IMG/VR virus record: IMGVR_UViG_3300047319_000334
Span: 326 to 64,325 of that record
Length of the DNA: 64,000 bases
Source of the DNA: a virus
Taxonomy: Duplodnaviria; Caudoviricetes
Reading direction: 5' to 3' (one strand)
The notes below the pieces were generated by a model. That model was not told the DNA's origin. It ran no database searches and was given only the letters and a program-made list of their open reading frames with translations. The position numbers and the translations under genes were made by a program. This document shows, one piece after another, positions 50,644 to 60,280 of this stretch (within the stretch, counting starts at the first letter, position 1; every line of letters starts with the position of its first letter).

Positions 50644-51026
50644 GTGCGTTTCTGACCGATCTGCAGGTTGAGCTCGTCAGCGACGCGACAAACAGCGGGC
50701 GCGGGACATGGCGCCTGACTGCGCCACTGGTGTATCAATCGGATGTGGCGAAGCAGACCTTCGCAATGCCCGCAGGCAGCTTGACTGATTTTGCGTCAGT
50801 GCCGCGGGTAATGATCGCTTTTCTACTGACCGGCGATACCGCGCACGAAGCCTCGGCCCTGCACGACTGGTTGTATGGATCGCATGTCGTTCCACGCAAC
50901 GTGGCCGATGCAGTCTTACGCGAAGCAGCGCTGGTTTCCGGCGTTCCGGCTTGGCGCGCCTTCCTTTTATGGGCTGGCGTGCGCATTGGTGGCGGCGGAA
51001 GCCACTGGAACGGCGCTGCCGCCTGA
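50640..51026 (+). CDS. DUF1353-family protein
   Basis: TDFASVPR, ALHDWLY, AD..LREA, VRxGG. Confidence 0.88.
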   Translation: MSAFLTDLQVELVSDATNSGRGTWRLTAPLVYQSDVAKQTFAMPAGSLTDFASVPRVMIAFLLTGDTAHEASALHDWLYGSHVVPRNVADAVLREAALVSGVPAWRAFLLWAGVRIGGGGSHWNGAAA

Positions 51027-51119
51027 TTCCAGTCGTAATTTCAGTAGTAATCCTATTTAATTTAACTATGACGACAGGCTTGCGGCTGTAAACACGCTTA
51101 ACAAGTGGTGGTCTGTACG

Positions 51120-51212
51120 TGGAGTGAATGCCTAGGAGACGTCCTAGACAGGTCTGGTATGCGAGGTCATAGGACTAGCTTCGCTCGCCGGTTCGAATCC
51201 GGCCACTCTGCA
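51120..51212 (+). ncRNA. tRNA-like RNA (non-canonical or pseudo-tRNA)
   Basis: GGAGTG/CACTCT acceptor-like stem adjoining a perfect T arm GCCGG-TTCGAAT-CCGGC; no normal anticodon arm. Confidence 0.5.
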
Positions 51213-51283
51213 TCTGTTGTATCCCGTCCGAGGCACTGCTGCGCGCTTCGGACGCACCCCTCTATTCTCGCCATCGGCGACGA

Positions 51284-51535
51284 TCAATCCACCGTTACCC
51301 GAACATAAACCGTCGTCCCGCTCGCTTCGACATTGAAGTGAACGTAATAGCCGTTGTCGTCCATCGGCCCATGGCTCACATCGATGTTGTAGACGTCGAA
51401 ATGGCCGCGTCGAATTTCGTTCGTTATCTTGTTGGATGCGTGCCTAACTGCGCCGTCATCGAACTCAGGAAACTCTTCGCGAACACGCGATTGAATCGCC
51501 GCGAAGTGGTCTCGCTCCAGAATTAACATACCCAT
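51284..51535 (-). CDS. Hypothetical protein
   Basis: In a three-gene leftward operon. Confidence 0.55.
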   Translation of the reverse strand: MGMLILERDHFAAIQSRVREEFPEFDDGAVRHASNKITNEIRRGHFDVYNIDVSHGPMDDNGYYVHFNVEASGTTVYVRVTVD

Positions 51536-51537
51536 CC

Positions 51538-51780
51538 CTAGCCCAGCCTAGCTGGCGCGTCTTTAGCCGAATCCGGCACCTCTCCGAATCCCGATTCATC
51601 GTAGCACCGCCGAGCCGCCTCAAGCTCGGTATCGCCCGTCCAATACTGGCCGTCGCTGGACCTCATCCCGCCCGCCGTCCGCTGCCCGATGCACGCGATA
51701 TATCGCCTGCCGAGTTCCGAATCCTCGATGTAGGCGGTCACGATACCAAACTGGTTCAAGTCATCTAGCGTCATGTTCAC
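51538..51780 (-). CDS. Hypothetical protein
   Basis: GGAG RBS; coupled to upstream gene. Confidence 0.6.
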   Translation of the reverse strand: MNMTLDDLNQFGIVTAYIEDSELGRRYIACIGQRTAGGMRSSDGQYWTGDTELEAARRCYDESGFGEVPDSAKDAPARLG

Positions 51781-52079
51781 CTCCGTTCGTTCTTCCGCCG
51801 TTCCTCTATCCTGCGCACGCTCTCATCAATGCGCCGCTGCTGCCGCGGTGTCGGCAGATCGCGGAGGCACGGTTCAGTATCTAGCTCGCGCACGAAACAA
51901 TCCCACACCACCTGAGCAACAGGCGCACACCCGGCGCACATCTGCCGGATCTGATCGGCCCGACGCACAATCCCGTGCAGCCTTCGTATCTCGCGAAGAA
52001 GTTGCAGGACTTCGGGAGCCGGATTTCGATCGTAGATTTCCGCAAGTTGGGCGGCGGTTAGGGGTGTGCGGTCAGGCAT
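51777..52079 (-). CDS. Small SOS-linked phage protein
   Basis: PLT..L..I..RN..V..LLxEIxRL pattern; LexA box just upstream. Confidence 0.7.
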   Translation of the reverse strand: MPDRTPLTAAQLAEIYDRNPAPEVLQLLREIRRLHGIVRRADQIRQMCAGCAPVAQVVWDCFVRELDTEPCLRDLPTPRQQRRIDESVRRIEERRKNERR

Positions 52080-52087
52080 GGCTAGTA

Positions 52088-52103
52088 CTGTATGAATGTA
52101 CAG
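52088..52103. promoter_or_regulatory. LexA (SOS) box
   Basis: CTGT-ATGAATGT-ACAG between divergent genes. Confidence 0.85.
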
Positions 52104-52166
52104 TAGTATAGCCAGGATTCGGCTGAGCGCATCTGGCACTATCATGGAACATCCGCGGAGGTTTCC

Positions 52167-52832
52167 ATGTGCACTAACTACCGACCACTTGAGGCCGATC
52201 TGTTTGAGGCGTTCACCGATTTCCCTGTTCCGCGGTTCGACTATCCGCCGGAGACCTACAAGGATTATGTCGCTCCGATTTTGAGGCGAGTAGACGGCGC
52301 GTCATCCACCGACCCCGACACGTTCGGCCTTGTGCCGTACAAGCACATTCCCGCTCACGTAAAGAAGTTCGACACGATGAACGCGCGGGCGGAGACGATC
52401 GGCGAGCGTCGCAGCTTCAGCGGTGCGTGGAAGAAGTTGCAACTGTGCCTGATCCCCTGCGCGAACTTCTACGAGCCGAACTGGGAGACGGGTAAAGCCG
52501 TGAGATGGCAGATTGGAATGCCTGACCGCAAGCCGTTCGCGATTGCCGGCCTATGGCGCTCATGGGAAGAGCCTGAAGGCGTAGCGCTGTCATTCACCAT
52601 GTTGACCGTCAACGCAGACGAGCACCCATTGATGCGCCGGTTTCACCGACCTGGTGCTGAGAAGCGATCTGTCGTAATCCTGCGGCCAGAGGAATATCAC
52701 GATTGGTTCGGCGCGCGATCGACCGACGAGGCGCGGTCGTTCCTCAATCTATTTCCGGCTGAGGAGATGGCTGCTGAGCCGAAGCCGTTGCCTCCGCGGA
52801 AGCCTCAGGCGGAAGCTGATCTGTTCGAGTGA
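52167..52832 (+). CDS. SOS response-associated peptidase (SRAP/YedK family)
   Basis: N-terminal MC, NARAET, FYEP, IAGLW, H..KRSVVIL. Confidence 0.93.
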   Translation: MCTNYRPLEADLFEAFTDFPVPRFDYPPETYKDYVAPILRRVDGASSTDPDTFGLVPYKHIPAHVKKFDTMNARAETIGERRSFSGAWKKLQLCLIPCANFYEPNWETGKAVRWQIGMPDRKPFAIAGLWRSWEEPEGVALSFTMLTVNADEHPLMRRFHRPGAEKRSVVILRPEEYHDWFGARSTDEARSFLNLFPAEEMAAEPKPLPPRKPQAEADLFE

Positions 52833-53014
52833 GTAGGCTCGTCATCGGCGCCGATGCAGCGTAGCCAATGAACGCATCCGCGCTCTGGCATCGCTTGCAC
52901 ATATCGTCGGCCGCCTAGCACGCATAACGCGTGTGCTGCTCCCGCGATTTCGCCGCCCCAATGCTCGCAGAGACGGCAGGGGCGATCGCATGAGTAGTCG
53001 GTGAAGAGGCCCAT
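52805..53014 (-). CDS. Small Cys-rich SOS-linked protein
   Basis: CRLCEHW..C..GC..GADDE; LexA box 8 bp upstream. Confidence 0.65.
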   Translation of the reverse strand: MGLFTDYSCDRPCRLCEHWGGEIAGAAHALCVLGGRRYVQAMPERGCVHWLRCIGADDEPTHSNRSASA

Positions 53015-53022
53015 GGCGTGCA

Positions 53023-53038
53023 CTGTATATATGAACAG
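53023..53038. promoter_or_regulatory. LexA (SOS) box
   Basis: CTGT-ATATATGA-ACAG. Confidence 0.88.
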
Positions 53039-53065
53039 TACATTCTCGCACTTTGGCAGTCGCCA

Positions 53066-53339
53066 GCGTAGCTTTATATTGGCGTAGCTTTTGGCGTAGG
53101 TTTTAAATCCGAGCCATGTCAGGAGCGGCAGTGACGTTGTTCTGCGAGCATTAACGTATTCTTTTCGTGATCCGTCGAAAAGCCTTGCCCAGCATGGCTC
53201 CCTTGCCGTCATACCCTTTACTGGCGGGCGGCTCACCGCCATGCAGAAAAATTCTTTGAGGCATCAACAGACATCGACGGATTGCAAAAGTTTGAGTCTT
53301 GGCGTAGCTTTGCGCTTCCGAAATCAAAAAAGCTACGCC
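53066..53339. repeat. attP-like region with five integrase arm-type repeats
   Basis: GCGTAG(C/G)TTT at 53066, 53082, 53094 and 53302, inverted copy at 53329. Confidence 0.75.
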
Positions 53340-53340
53340 G

Positions 53341-54618
53341 ATGAAATTCTCCGCGAAAGCCGCCAAGGAGCTAGCGCCAGGGGCGCACATCATTCTCCCT
53401 GATTTTCCCGGCTTACGGATCGAGGCATCCACCAGTCGGAGAAGCTGGATATACAGATTCAAATCCCCAGTGGATAGCCGGATGCGCCAGCTAAAACTTG
53501 GTGAGTGGCCGGCCATGTCGTATAGCGCCGCGATCTCGGCATGGGAGGATGTGCGCTCAAGACGAGATGCCGGCGAAGACCCGGTGCTCTCGAAAAAATC
53601 AGCCAAGACGGTGAGCAAAAAATCGTCGGTGGAATCATACACGGTGCGGCAATTGTGCGAGGACTTCATCGCCGGTCACATTGAGCGCCACAGAACGGCT
53701 CTCGGTGCCCGTCAGACTAGAACAAGGATGCTCGCGAAAATTGCTCCGATTGCTGACCTGTCGGCCGCCAGCATCACGCGCGGGCAGGCATTCGCCCTCC
53801 TAGAGGGAGAGAGCGGATCACCAAGAAACGCAGCGATCCTCCGAGCCGAACTCGGAGCAGCCTGGGATCACGCGCTCGACGCAGACAGAATCCCCGACAA
53901 CACGCCGAACTGGTGGCGCCAAGTGATGCGCGGCAAGCTCAGAAGCGCTGGGCGCAGCATTGACGGGGAAAAGCAACTGATCAAGCGCGTGCTGACGGCC
54001 GACGAACTGAAAGTGTTGATTCCGTGGCTGCCAACATATCCTTCGACGACTTCCGATGTGCTTACGCTCTACCTATGGACGTGTCTGCGCGGAGGCGAGT
54101 TGGTCATGATGGAGGGGCGCGAAGTGTCGGAGGAGCAGGACGGACTGTGGTGGACGATTCCCAAGGCGAAAACGAAAAACAAAAACCGCAAGGAGGCAAC
54201 CGATCACCGCGTCCCGCTCGTGGGTCGCGCAGAAAAGATCGTGCGTGACAGGATCGAGGAGTTCGGCGACTCCTGGCTATTCCCGACCAATACGAATAGC
54301 CACATCCCGCAACGGAGTATCAATAAGATTGTGTGGGCCCATCATTCCTATTCCCAAAAGCCGAATGCGATTCCGCGCGCTGTCTGCCCGGTTGGACGTT
54401 GGGCGCCGCACGACCTACGCAGAACTTCCAGAACGCTTTTGGCGGCACTTGGGTGCCCCCGCGAGGTAGCCGAATCGCTCTTGGGGCACATCCTGCCGGG
54501 CGTGGAAGGGATATACAACAGACACAAGTACGATGCCGAAAAGCGCGAATGGCTTATGCGGCTTTCTGACCGACTTGAGACACTAGCCCGAGCGAAGGAC
54601 CAGGCGGAAGAAGATTAG
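53341..54618 (+). CDS. int: Tyrosine integrase with arm-binding N-terminal domain
   Basis: TCLRGGE (R), KTKN (K), HDLRRT, LGH, YNRH. Confidence 0.95.
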   Translation: MKFSAKAAKELAPGAHIILPDFPGLRIEASTSRRSWIYRFKSPVDSRMRQLKLGEWPAMSYSAAISAWEDVRSRRDAGEDPVLSKKSAKTVSKKSSVESYTVRQLCEDFIAGHIERHRTALGARQTRTRMLAKIAPIADLSAASITRGQAFALLEGESGSPRNAAILRAELGAAWDHALDADRIPDNTPNWWRQVMRGKLRSAGRSIDGEKQLIKRVLTADELKVLIPWLPTYPSTTSDVLTLYLWTCLRGGELVMMEGREVSEEQDGLWWTIPKAKTKNKNRKEATDHRVPLVGRAEKIVRDRIEEFGDSWLFPTNTNSHIPQRSINKIVWAHHSYSQKPNAIPRAVCPVGRWAPHDLRRTSRTLLAALGCPREVAESLLGHILPGVEGIYNRHKYDAEKREWLMRLSDRLETLARAKDQAEED

Positions 54619-54793
54619 ACTTCGGGCGAGCCTCAGCCCAAGCCTCCACTTCACGAACCAACCAAGCCACTCGGCGTCCCGATAACATACGGGGCTCCGG
54701 GAATTGCTTTTCGCGGACCAGTTTCTTGACGTTCGATTCGGACAAAGACACTGCCTCGGCGACGCCTCTTAAATCCAGATAAATCGGTTTCAC
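54554..54793 (-). CDS. AlpA-family excisionase
   Basis: FPEPRMLSGRRVAWLVREVEAW; GGAGG RBS before GTG; convergent overlap with int. Confidence 0.88.
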   Translation of the reverse strand: MKPIYLDLRGVAEAVSLSESNVKKLVREKQFPEPRMLSGRRVAWLVREVEAWAEARPKSNLLPPGPSLGLVSQVGQKAA

Positions 54794-55151
54794 TCGATAC
54801 CTCCAAACCAAACCCGCCTAGTGGCTTCAATTACCCGTTGTGCTGCCGCTTCCATACCGCTTAACGTCCTCATAAGATCGCCACATGGCGATCGCCTCTG
54901 TAATGTGTTGTTCGGCGAATCCCCTTTGTACCAGGATTCGTTTCAGGGTTGATAGGCAACGGATATTCTGGTCGCGTGCAATGGCGATGGCCGCGCGCAA
55001 AGCGTCGAAGCTTTGGTCGGTCATGCCTTCACCTCTTCCTCAATAGCCTCAAGCGCTTCGAGTGCCCAGCGTAGCGCCGCCTCAGTCCGCGGGCGGTCCT
55101 CGTTGTTAGCGATGCTCCATTGGAGTTCGTCTTTCAGTTGCTGAAGGTCAG

Positions 55152-55658
55152 TCATGCTTGGCTCTTGACTAGATTCGATTCGACCCACTGCCGCATACGC
55201 TTCCAGCGTTGCGGTCCCAGCACCTCGGCGGGAATGGCTACGCGTACGGTGCCGACGTGTTTCTCCCAATGCGGGTATTGAGGGCGGATAGGCCCGCACA
55301 AAACGAATTCGACCCACTCGTAGTCGGAGAGGCCTTCGTCGTTTTCGTAGACGATCTCGCGGACCATGGCGGGTGCGATATTGAAGGCCTTCGCAACTGC
55401 CTCCCAGTCTTCCGGGTCGATGGGATTCATGTCGATTCCGCGTGCCTGGCCAAGGACTCCAAGCGTACAGAACTCGCCATCCTCCGTCACAAGCGACTCA
55501 GCCGCGAGCACCTTTTCAGGCATTGCGTCCATGGCTGCCGCCAATTCTTTGAGGGCCGCTTGGCCGCGCTTGCCGCGAATCGCCGTCATCACCGCCCCGC
55601 GCCAGAGTCCACCCGTACCGTCTTCGTCGTAATCATCGCTATAGCCGCTTCTGCTCAT
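55152..55658 (-). CDS. Conserved phage hypothetical protein
   Basis: MSRSGYSDD..WRGAV..AIRGKRGQ, EIVYENDE. Confidence 0.75.
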   Translation of the reverse strand: MSRSGYSDDYDEDGTGGLWRGAVMTAIRGKRGQAALKELAAAMDAMPEKVLAAESLVTEDGEFCTLGVLGQARGIDMNPIDPEDWEAVAKAFNIAPAMVREIVYENDEGLSDYEWVEFVLCGPIRPQYPHWEKHVGTVRVAIPAEVLGPQRWKRMRQWVESNLVKSQA

Positions 55659-56134
55659 CGCCCCTCCCTGCCACAAAGAATTCGCACCATCAAAGCGCAC
55701 CGAACCGGTTGATTCGGAAACCGCACGAATAGCCAGTCGATCATGCGTTGGGTTTCAGTCATCACGCCCCCCTGCCCACAACCGGCTCACGCACAACCCG
55801 CATGCCGACCGGCAGCGCAAGTGCCACCGGGCCACCCAACAGGTCCGCTGCCATCTGCGTGAATTTCCCACAAAGGTCTTGCACCTGATACATGGTCGGT
55901 TGCTTCGCCAGAGAGAACGCGCGGTGAGAGTCTTCGTAGGCGCGGCGACTGTCGATTCGGTTCATGCGGGGACTCCCTCCCATGCGTACGCCTCGTTGTC
56001 GACAAGCCACTGGATGGCCTGCAAGTCAAGGGGCGTAGGCTCGTAGCCGGGTCGCGCTTTGATTCGTCCGTTGCTCCAGCGGAAAGATCCCTTGATCCAC
56101 TCGATGGCGGATTCACTGTCCCATGTCTTGGCCA

Positions 56135-56479
56135 TTAGTTTGCCTCAAACAAATCGATGGTCTTGGTGTCGCGCTCGGGCTCCGTCTCGCCACCGGCAGC
56201 TCCAAGCCCAGCGTATTCCGCGTAATCCGGCCAGTACTGCGCCAAACTAGCAGCATGACTGTGCGGACCGCTGTCCCACTTAACGACAACCGCCGCGATA
56301 GTCGGCCAATGATCCGGGTTACGCCCTTCTGCGACAGACGTCGCACGCTGCTTCGCGAGGTATTCGCCCCAGTAGGCGTTGAACGCCGCCGCGGCCCTGT
56401 CGGCCTCGTCCTTAGACGGAGCCGCGACAACATCATCCGGGCCTTGGATATGAAGCATCCAGAGTTTGGTGTCGGTCAT
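56135..56479 (-). CDS. Phage hypothetical protein
   Basis: AGGAG RBS; coupled. Confidence 0.6.
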   Translation of the reverse strand: MTDTKLWMLHIQGPDDVVAAPSKDEADRAAAAFNAYWGEYLAKQRATSVAEGRNPDHWPTIAAVVVKWDSGPHSHAASLAQYWPDYAEYAGLGAAGGETEPERDTKTIDLFEAN

Positions 56480-57039
56480 GCCTTCTCCTTGGCAATCTCG
56501 CCGTCGATCTGATCGTCCAGGAATTCGCCGGTCGGACCTTCGTCTTTGAGCAGCGTAATGGTCGTCACCGTTTCATCGGAGCAATCCACCATTACGGCGC
56601 GTCGGCGAAGCCACCGATAACGGCGCGCGTCGCCTTCGAGCCCCTTCGCATACACGCTAATGCCGCGCGCAGTCCAGCCGCCGTCAATAGCATCTTGTGG
56701 CAGGCCGTCGAGAATTTCGCAGGCCTTTTTGATGGCCGAGAGGTCGGCTTCATGCAGCCGCTTAATCAGGTCACTCATGCTTTGTCTCCCTTGGCAAGCG
56801 CGCGTATGTCATCGGCAGTCAGAACGCATGCGACATATCCGGATGCCGTTTCCTTCGAGTCTTTGAGCTTCGCTGCGTTGGCATTGCAGATAGTCCAGGC
56901 TTCCTCCAGCGCAGCGCGGCGGGATGCTTGCCAGCAGGCAAATCCAAATTCCGCAATCCATTGATCCCAATGATGGAAGTAGATCGGCCCTCTGAAATCC
57001 TTCTTCCACGCTTGATAAGCGGCCCATTCCTTTTCGCGT

Positions 57040-57687
57040 TCAGTCATGGTCGGCTCCGCTTGCCGGACGCGCGGTGGTCAGAAGGGCTCGGAGTGCCCAT
57101 TCCGCCTTGCCGGGCGCCGCGAGTGTGTAGCCTGGTCTGTCGTCGGGCAATTCCTCTAAGGCATCAAGCGCATCAGACATCTCGTCGAACTCTGGTCCGC
57201 CGATGGCATGAAAGCGGCCATCATCGCCAGTGCATTCTTCGCTGTTGTCGAGCGCGTGGTACGTGGTGCGCGCGAGGTTGATCAGCATCGTAATGACGGC
57301 GCGCGCGTCATCGGTCATCGCCCGCGTCTGCTCCACAGGTTGCGCGACTGGTTGCGGGGATGCGGCGCGGACTAGCTCGCCATAGGCGTTCGCATAGCCC
57401 TGCATCTGATGCTCGGTGAAGTACGCGTGCCCGGCGATATGCGCGAATGACTCGGGGAAGGCCGGCAACGGTGGCCGCTCAAACGCTGCCCGCTCATCGT
57501 CCATCGACGCGGCAGGCTTGCTTGCAGATAGCAGGGCGCGGGCTTCGGTCGCGACTTTCTTGGCGTCGTCTTCGTGTCCATGCAGCGACAGCATGCCGAC
57601 TGCGAGCTTCAGCGCCTCGAACAGCGGATTGGATTGGAGTTCATCGGTCAGCATCACGTCTCCGTCGATGGTTGTGGGGGCGGTCAC
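57040..57687 (-). CDS. Mosaic phage early protein
   Basis: Coupled ORF with low-complexity linkers. Confidence 0.55.
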   Translation of the reverse strand: MTAPTTIDGDVMLTDELQSNPLFEALKLAVGMLSLHGHEDDAKKVATEARALLSASKPAASMDDERAAFERPPLPAFPESFAHIAGHAYFTEHQMQGYANAYGELVRAASPQPVAQPVEQTRAMTDDARAVITMLINLARTTYHALDNSEECTGDDGRFHAIGGPEFDEMSDALDALEELPDDRPGYTLAAPGKAEWALRALLTTARPASGADHD

Positions 57688-58380
57688 AGGTCATCCTCGT
57701 TGATTGAAGACGTATATTTCGGCGTGTAGCCGCCGCGCACGTAGTACGACTGACGACACAGCGCAGCCGGGCAGGCGACCTTGGTACGCTCCTCTTTCGG
57801 CGCGAGCCCCCAGAGATCGTCGCCGTCATCGCCAGGCGTGTACCGGTTGCCGCTCATCTCGTCATCGGTCATGGCGTGGCCGCAGTGCGGGCAAGTGGGC
57901 TCAGGGCGCTCGTAAGTGTTGATTTCGCTCATGCCTGATCCCCGGCAGATGAAGCAGGGGCAGCGACGAGTGCGCGCACCTCGCAGCGAGGGCCGTTTTC
58001 ATAGCCAGCGTACCGGCCAGTAGAAAGCGTCGCGTCGTACAGATCTTTCGTGCAGTTCTCCCACTGGATCGGGACGCCATCAATCCGGTCGTCAGCCCGT
58101 CGAACTTGCCACGCGACAGCCTCTGCCCGCTCGGCGGTGGGTGCGCTCAAAATACCCACCGACTTATCCACTGTTTCTGTGGATAACTTAGCGGTTGCCT
58201 CTGCCTGCTCGGCGGTGGGGGTGAGAGCCGCGAGCAGATCACGCGTCGCGATAATCAGGCTCGTAGAGGCGTCGAAATAGTCCGCGCCGGGGGTGTTCGC
58301 TGCGACACAACAGGAGTCGATGCGGCGTTGAACTGTCTCGGCCAACGCCCGAATTTGCCCTGCGTCTTTAGTGTTCTGTG

Positions 58381-58878
58381 TCATATCGTCCTCGATTGCT
58401 TCATGAATACGAGCCAATGCGTCATTCCGCTGCGGCCACTGACCTGGCCGAACAGAGGGCTCGCGGGCGTGAGCGCAAGCACTTCGTCGAGCTTGACCTG
58501 TGTCTCATTCCATTTGAAAACGAGAACGCCGTGGTCTTCCAGAACCCGGAAGCACTCGGCAAAGCCTTTGCGGATGTCCTCGCGCCAGTCGGTGCCAAGC
58601 TTTCCGTACTTCGCTGCAAGCCAGCTACGCGGGCCCGCGCGCACGAGATGCGGCGGATCGAACGACACGAGCTTGAAAGACCCATCCGGGTACGGCAGCG
58701 CGCGGAAGTCCATCAACACGTCGGGCTCGATGAGCAGCGTCCGCGTTCCGTCTTCGCGGTGCGATCGGTCAGTCACGGTGATCGTCTCGTGACGCTGATC
58801 GCCAAATACAACGTTCGGGTGCTGCCGGTCAAACCAGAACATTCGACTGCCGCAGCACGGGTCCAAAATCAACTTCAT
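58381..58878 (-). CDS. SAM-dependent methyltransferase (probable DNA amino-MTase)
   Basis: ILDPCCGSRMFW motif I and FDPPH motif IV. Confidence 0.88.
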   Translation of the reverse strand: MKLILDPCCGSRMFWFDRQHPNVVFGDQRHETITVTDRSHREDGTRTLLIEPDVLMDFRALPYPDGSFKLVSFDPPHLVRAGPRSWLAAKYGKLGTDWREDIRKGFAECFRVLEDHGVLVFKWNETQVKLDEVLALTPASPLFGQVSGRSGMTHWLVFMKQSRTI

Positions 58879-59336
58879 ATCGTCCTCACTTGTTCGATTG
58901 CTTCGCCAAACAGGTCGCCAACAGCAAGCCGGGAGCGCCGCGTCTGGCGCGCTGTCTCGGCATGGTGCTCAGCGTCATAGGCAAGGTGGCAGCGCTGACA
59001 TAGCGCCTTCAGGTTGTCGTCGTCGCAGTGCTCGGGAACGTGATCCAGATGGGCTATCGTCAGCACGACACGCGTCCACTTATTGCCGCAGTATTCCGAA
59101 GCCTTGCAGCGGCCAAGCAACCGCCCATCGTCGGCTGCATAAACCTCGCCGTCGCCTTCGAAACGCTGGAACGTGCCCGCGTCTTTGTCGATGCCGCGAA
59201 CGATCGTGTCGCCGTTCGCGACACGGCATTGCTCGCAGCAGTCACCAGCCCGCTTGAGAATCCGGGCGCGAATCGCTTTCCAGTTCGACGGGTAGCGGGC
59301 CTTGTTTTCCGGTTTGATTGGCATGGGGGGCATCAC
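58875..59336 (-). CDS. HNH-like nuclease
   Basis: CEQC..LTIAHLDH..NLKALCQRCH. Confidence 0.8.
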   Translation of the reverse strand: MMPPMPIKPENKARYPSNWKAIRARILKRAGDCCEQCRVANGDTIVRGIDKDAGTFQRFEGDGEVYAADDGRLLGRCKASEYCGNKWTRVVLTIAHLDHVPEHCDDDNLKALCQRCHLAYDAEHHAETARQTRRSRLAVGDLFGEAIEQVRTI

Positions 59337-59373
59337 TCATTGTTCGATTGCTTCGCGCGCTGCGCGGATGGGG

Positions 59374-60132
59374 TTAGGCGGATACTCGCTTGAACTCGAC
59401 GACCCAGACCCACGGGTCGGCGTCCCATGATTCGGCGCCGTTGATCGATTCCCACAGGCAGCGAAACGAGCTGCGCGGCGAATACGTGCCATCCACGCCG
59501 CTGCGGCCGTATGTGCTCCAGAAGCCGGCAGGCGTCTTGCCGATGCCTTCCGCAATGGCGTCTTGCTCGCTGATGTCCTGCAACCGCTCGACGCGCACGC
59601 CAGTGACTTCGAGCGTGATGCGCGACGCCCAGCGCGGCATGTGGATTGAGGGGCATGCCTTGGCGCCATAGCTCAACAGCGCGGATGAGCGGGGGCAGCC
59701 GGCGACGTTGTAGCTGGCACCGGGTGCGCGCGTTTCCTCGACCCAGTAATCTCCGATCGTCGGCGTGGTCGAGACGTCGTGGCGAAACAGGCCCGGTTTT
59801 TCCAGCACGCCGCGAAGCTTGCTGATTACGCCGCTCTCGCGCACCCACAGGCGGTCGCCGGGTTGCCCATGCGGGCATTCGAAGCCATAGCCGTCTTTCA
59901 TGATGTGACGACCGTCGTATTCGCCAGGCTGCTCGAATTGCAGGTATGCACGATCACCGCGGCTGGACATGTGCTTGTCGCGTGCCGGCCAGTAGACCTT
60001 CGGAAGATAGCCGTCTTGAATTACAGCGGGCGGCTGACGTTTCATGACGCGGCGCGTCTGCGTCTTGCTGCCGTCGAGCAGAGCGCGCACCATCGGGCCG
60101 CTGAAGAGGATCGGACGTTCTTTGATGGTCAT
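59374..60132 (-). CDS. ASCH-like phage protein
   Basis: ERPILF..KTQTRR, GDRLWVRE, PSIHMPRWASRI, PWVWVVEF. Confidence 0.8.
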   Translation of the reverse strand: MTIKERPILFSGPMVRALLDGSKTQTRRVMKRQPPAVIQDGYLPKVYWPARDKHMSSRGDRAYLQFEQPGEYDGRHIMKDGYGFECPHGQPGDRLWVRESGVISKLRGVLEKPGLFRHDVSTTPTIGDYWVEETRAPGASYNVAGCPRSSALLSYGAKACPSIHMPRWASRITLEVTGVRVERLQDISEQDAIAEGIGKTPAGFWSTYGRSGVDGTYSPRSSFRCLWESINGAESWDADPWVWVVEFKRVSA

Positions 60133-60280
60133 TTGCTGCCCCGATATGTTTTGGTCAAAGCCTGGTTGACGGCGTGGCCGCGGCGTCGCACTGCGTTCGC
60201 TAGCGTCGCGCGGTCGTGGTGGCTGCTTGGCGCTTGACCCAGCAGGCCGAAATAGCTGTTCGAGACAGGCCGAAAATCTC
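60129..60280 (-). pseudogene. C-terminal remnant of a DGR reverse transcriptase
   Basis: SNSYFGLLGQAPSSHHDR..LA resembles the thumb-end SYxGxL motif of DGR RTs; lies where the RT should end, coupled to the next gene. Confidence 0.65.

Larger units (their letters stand above)
1..53100. mobile_element. Prophage copy 1 (left part outside window), temperate contractile-tailed phage
   Basis: Continuous phage gene order from early operon through CI/Cro, replication, terminase, head, sheath/tube/baseplate, lysis and SRAP to an att-like region. Confidence 0.9.

Noticed and set aside
53151-53270. FLHGGEP on the minus strand as a fragment of a radical-SAM host gene marking attB
   Set aside because: Too short to separate from chance without the outer att sites
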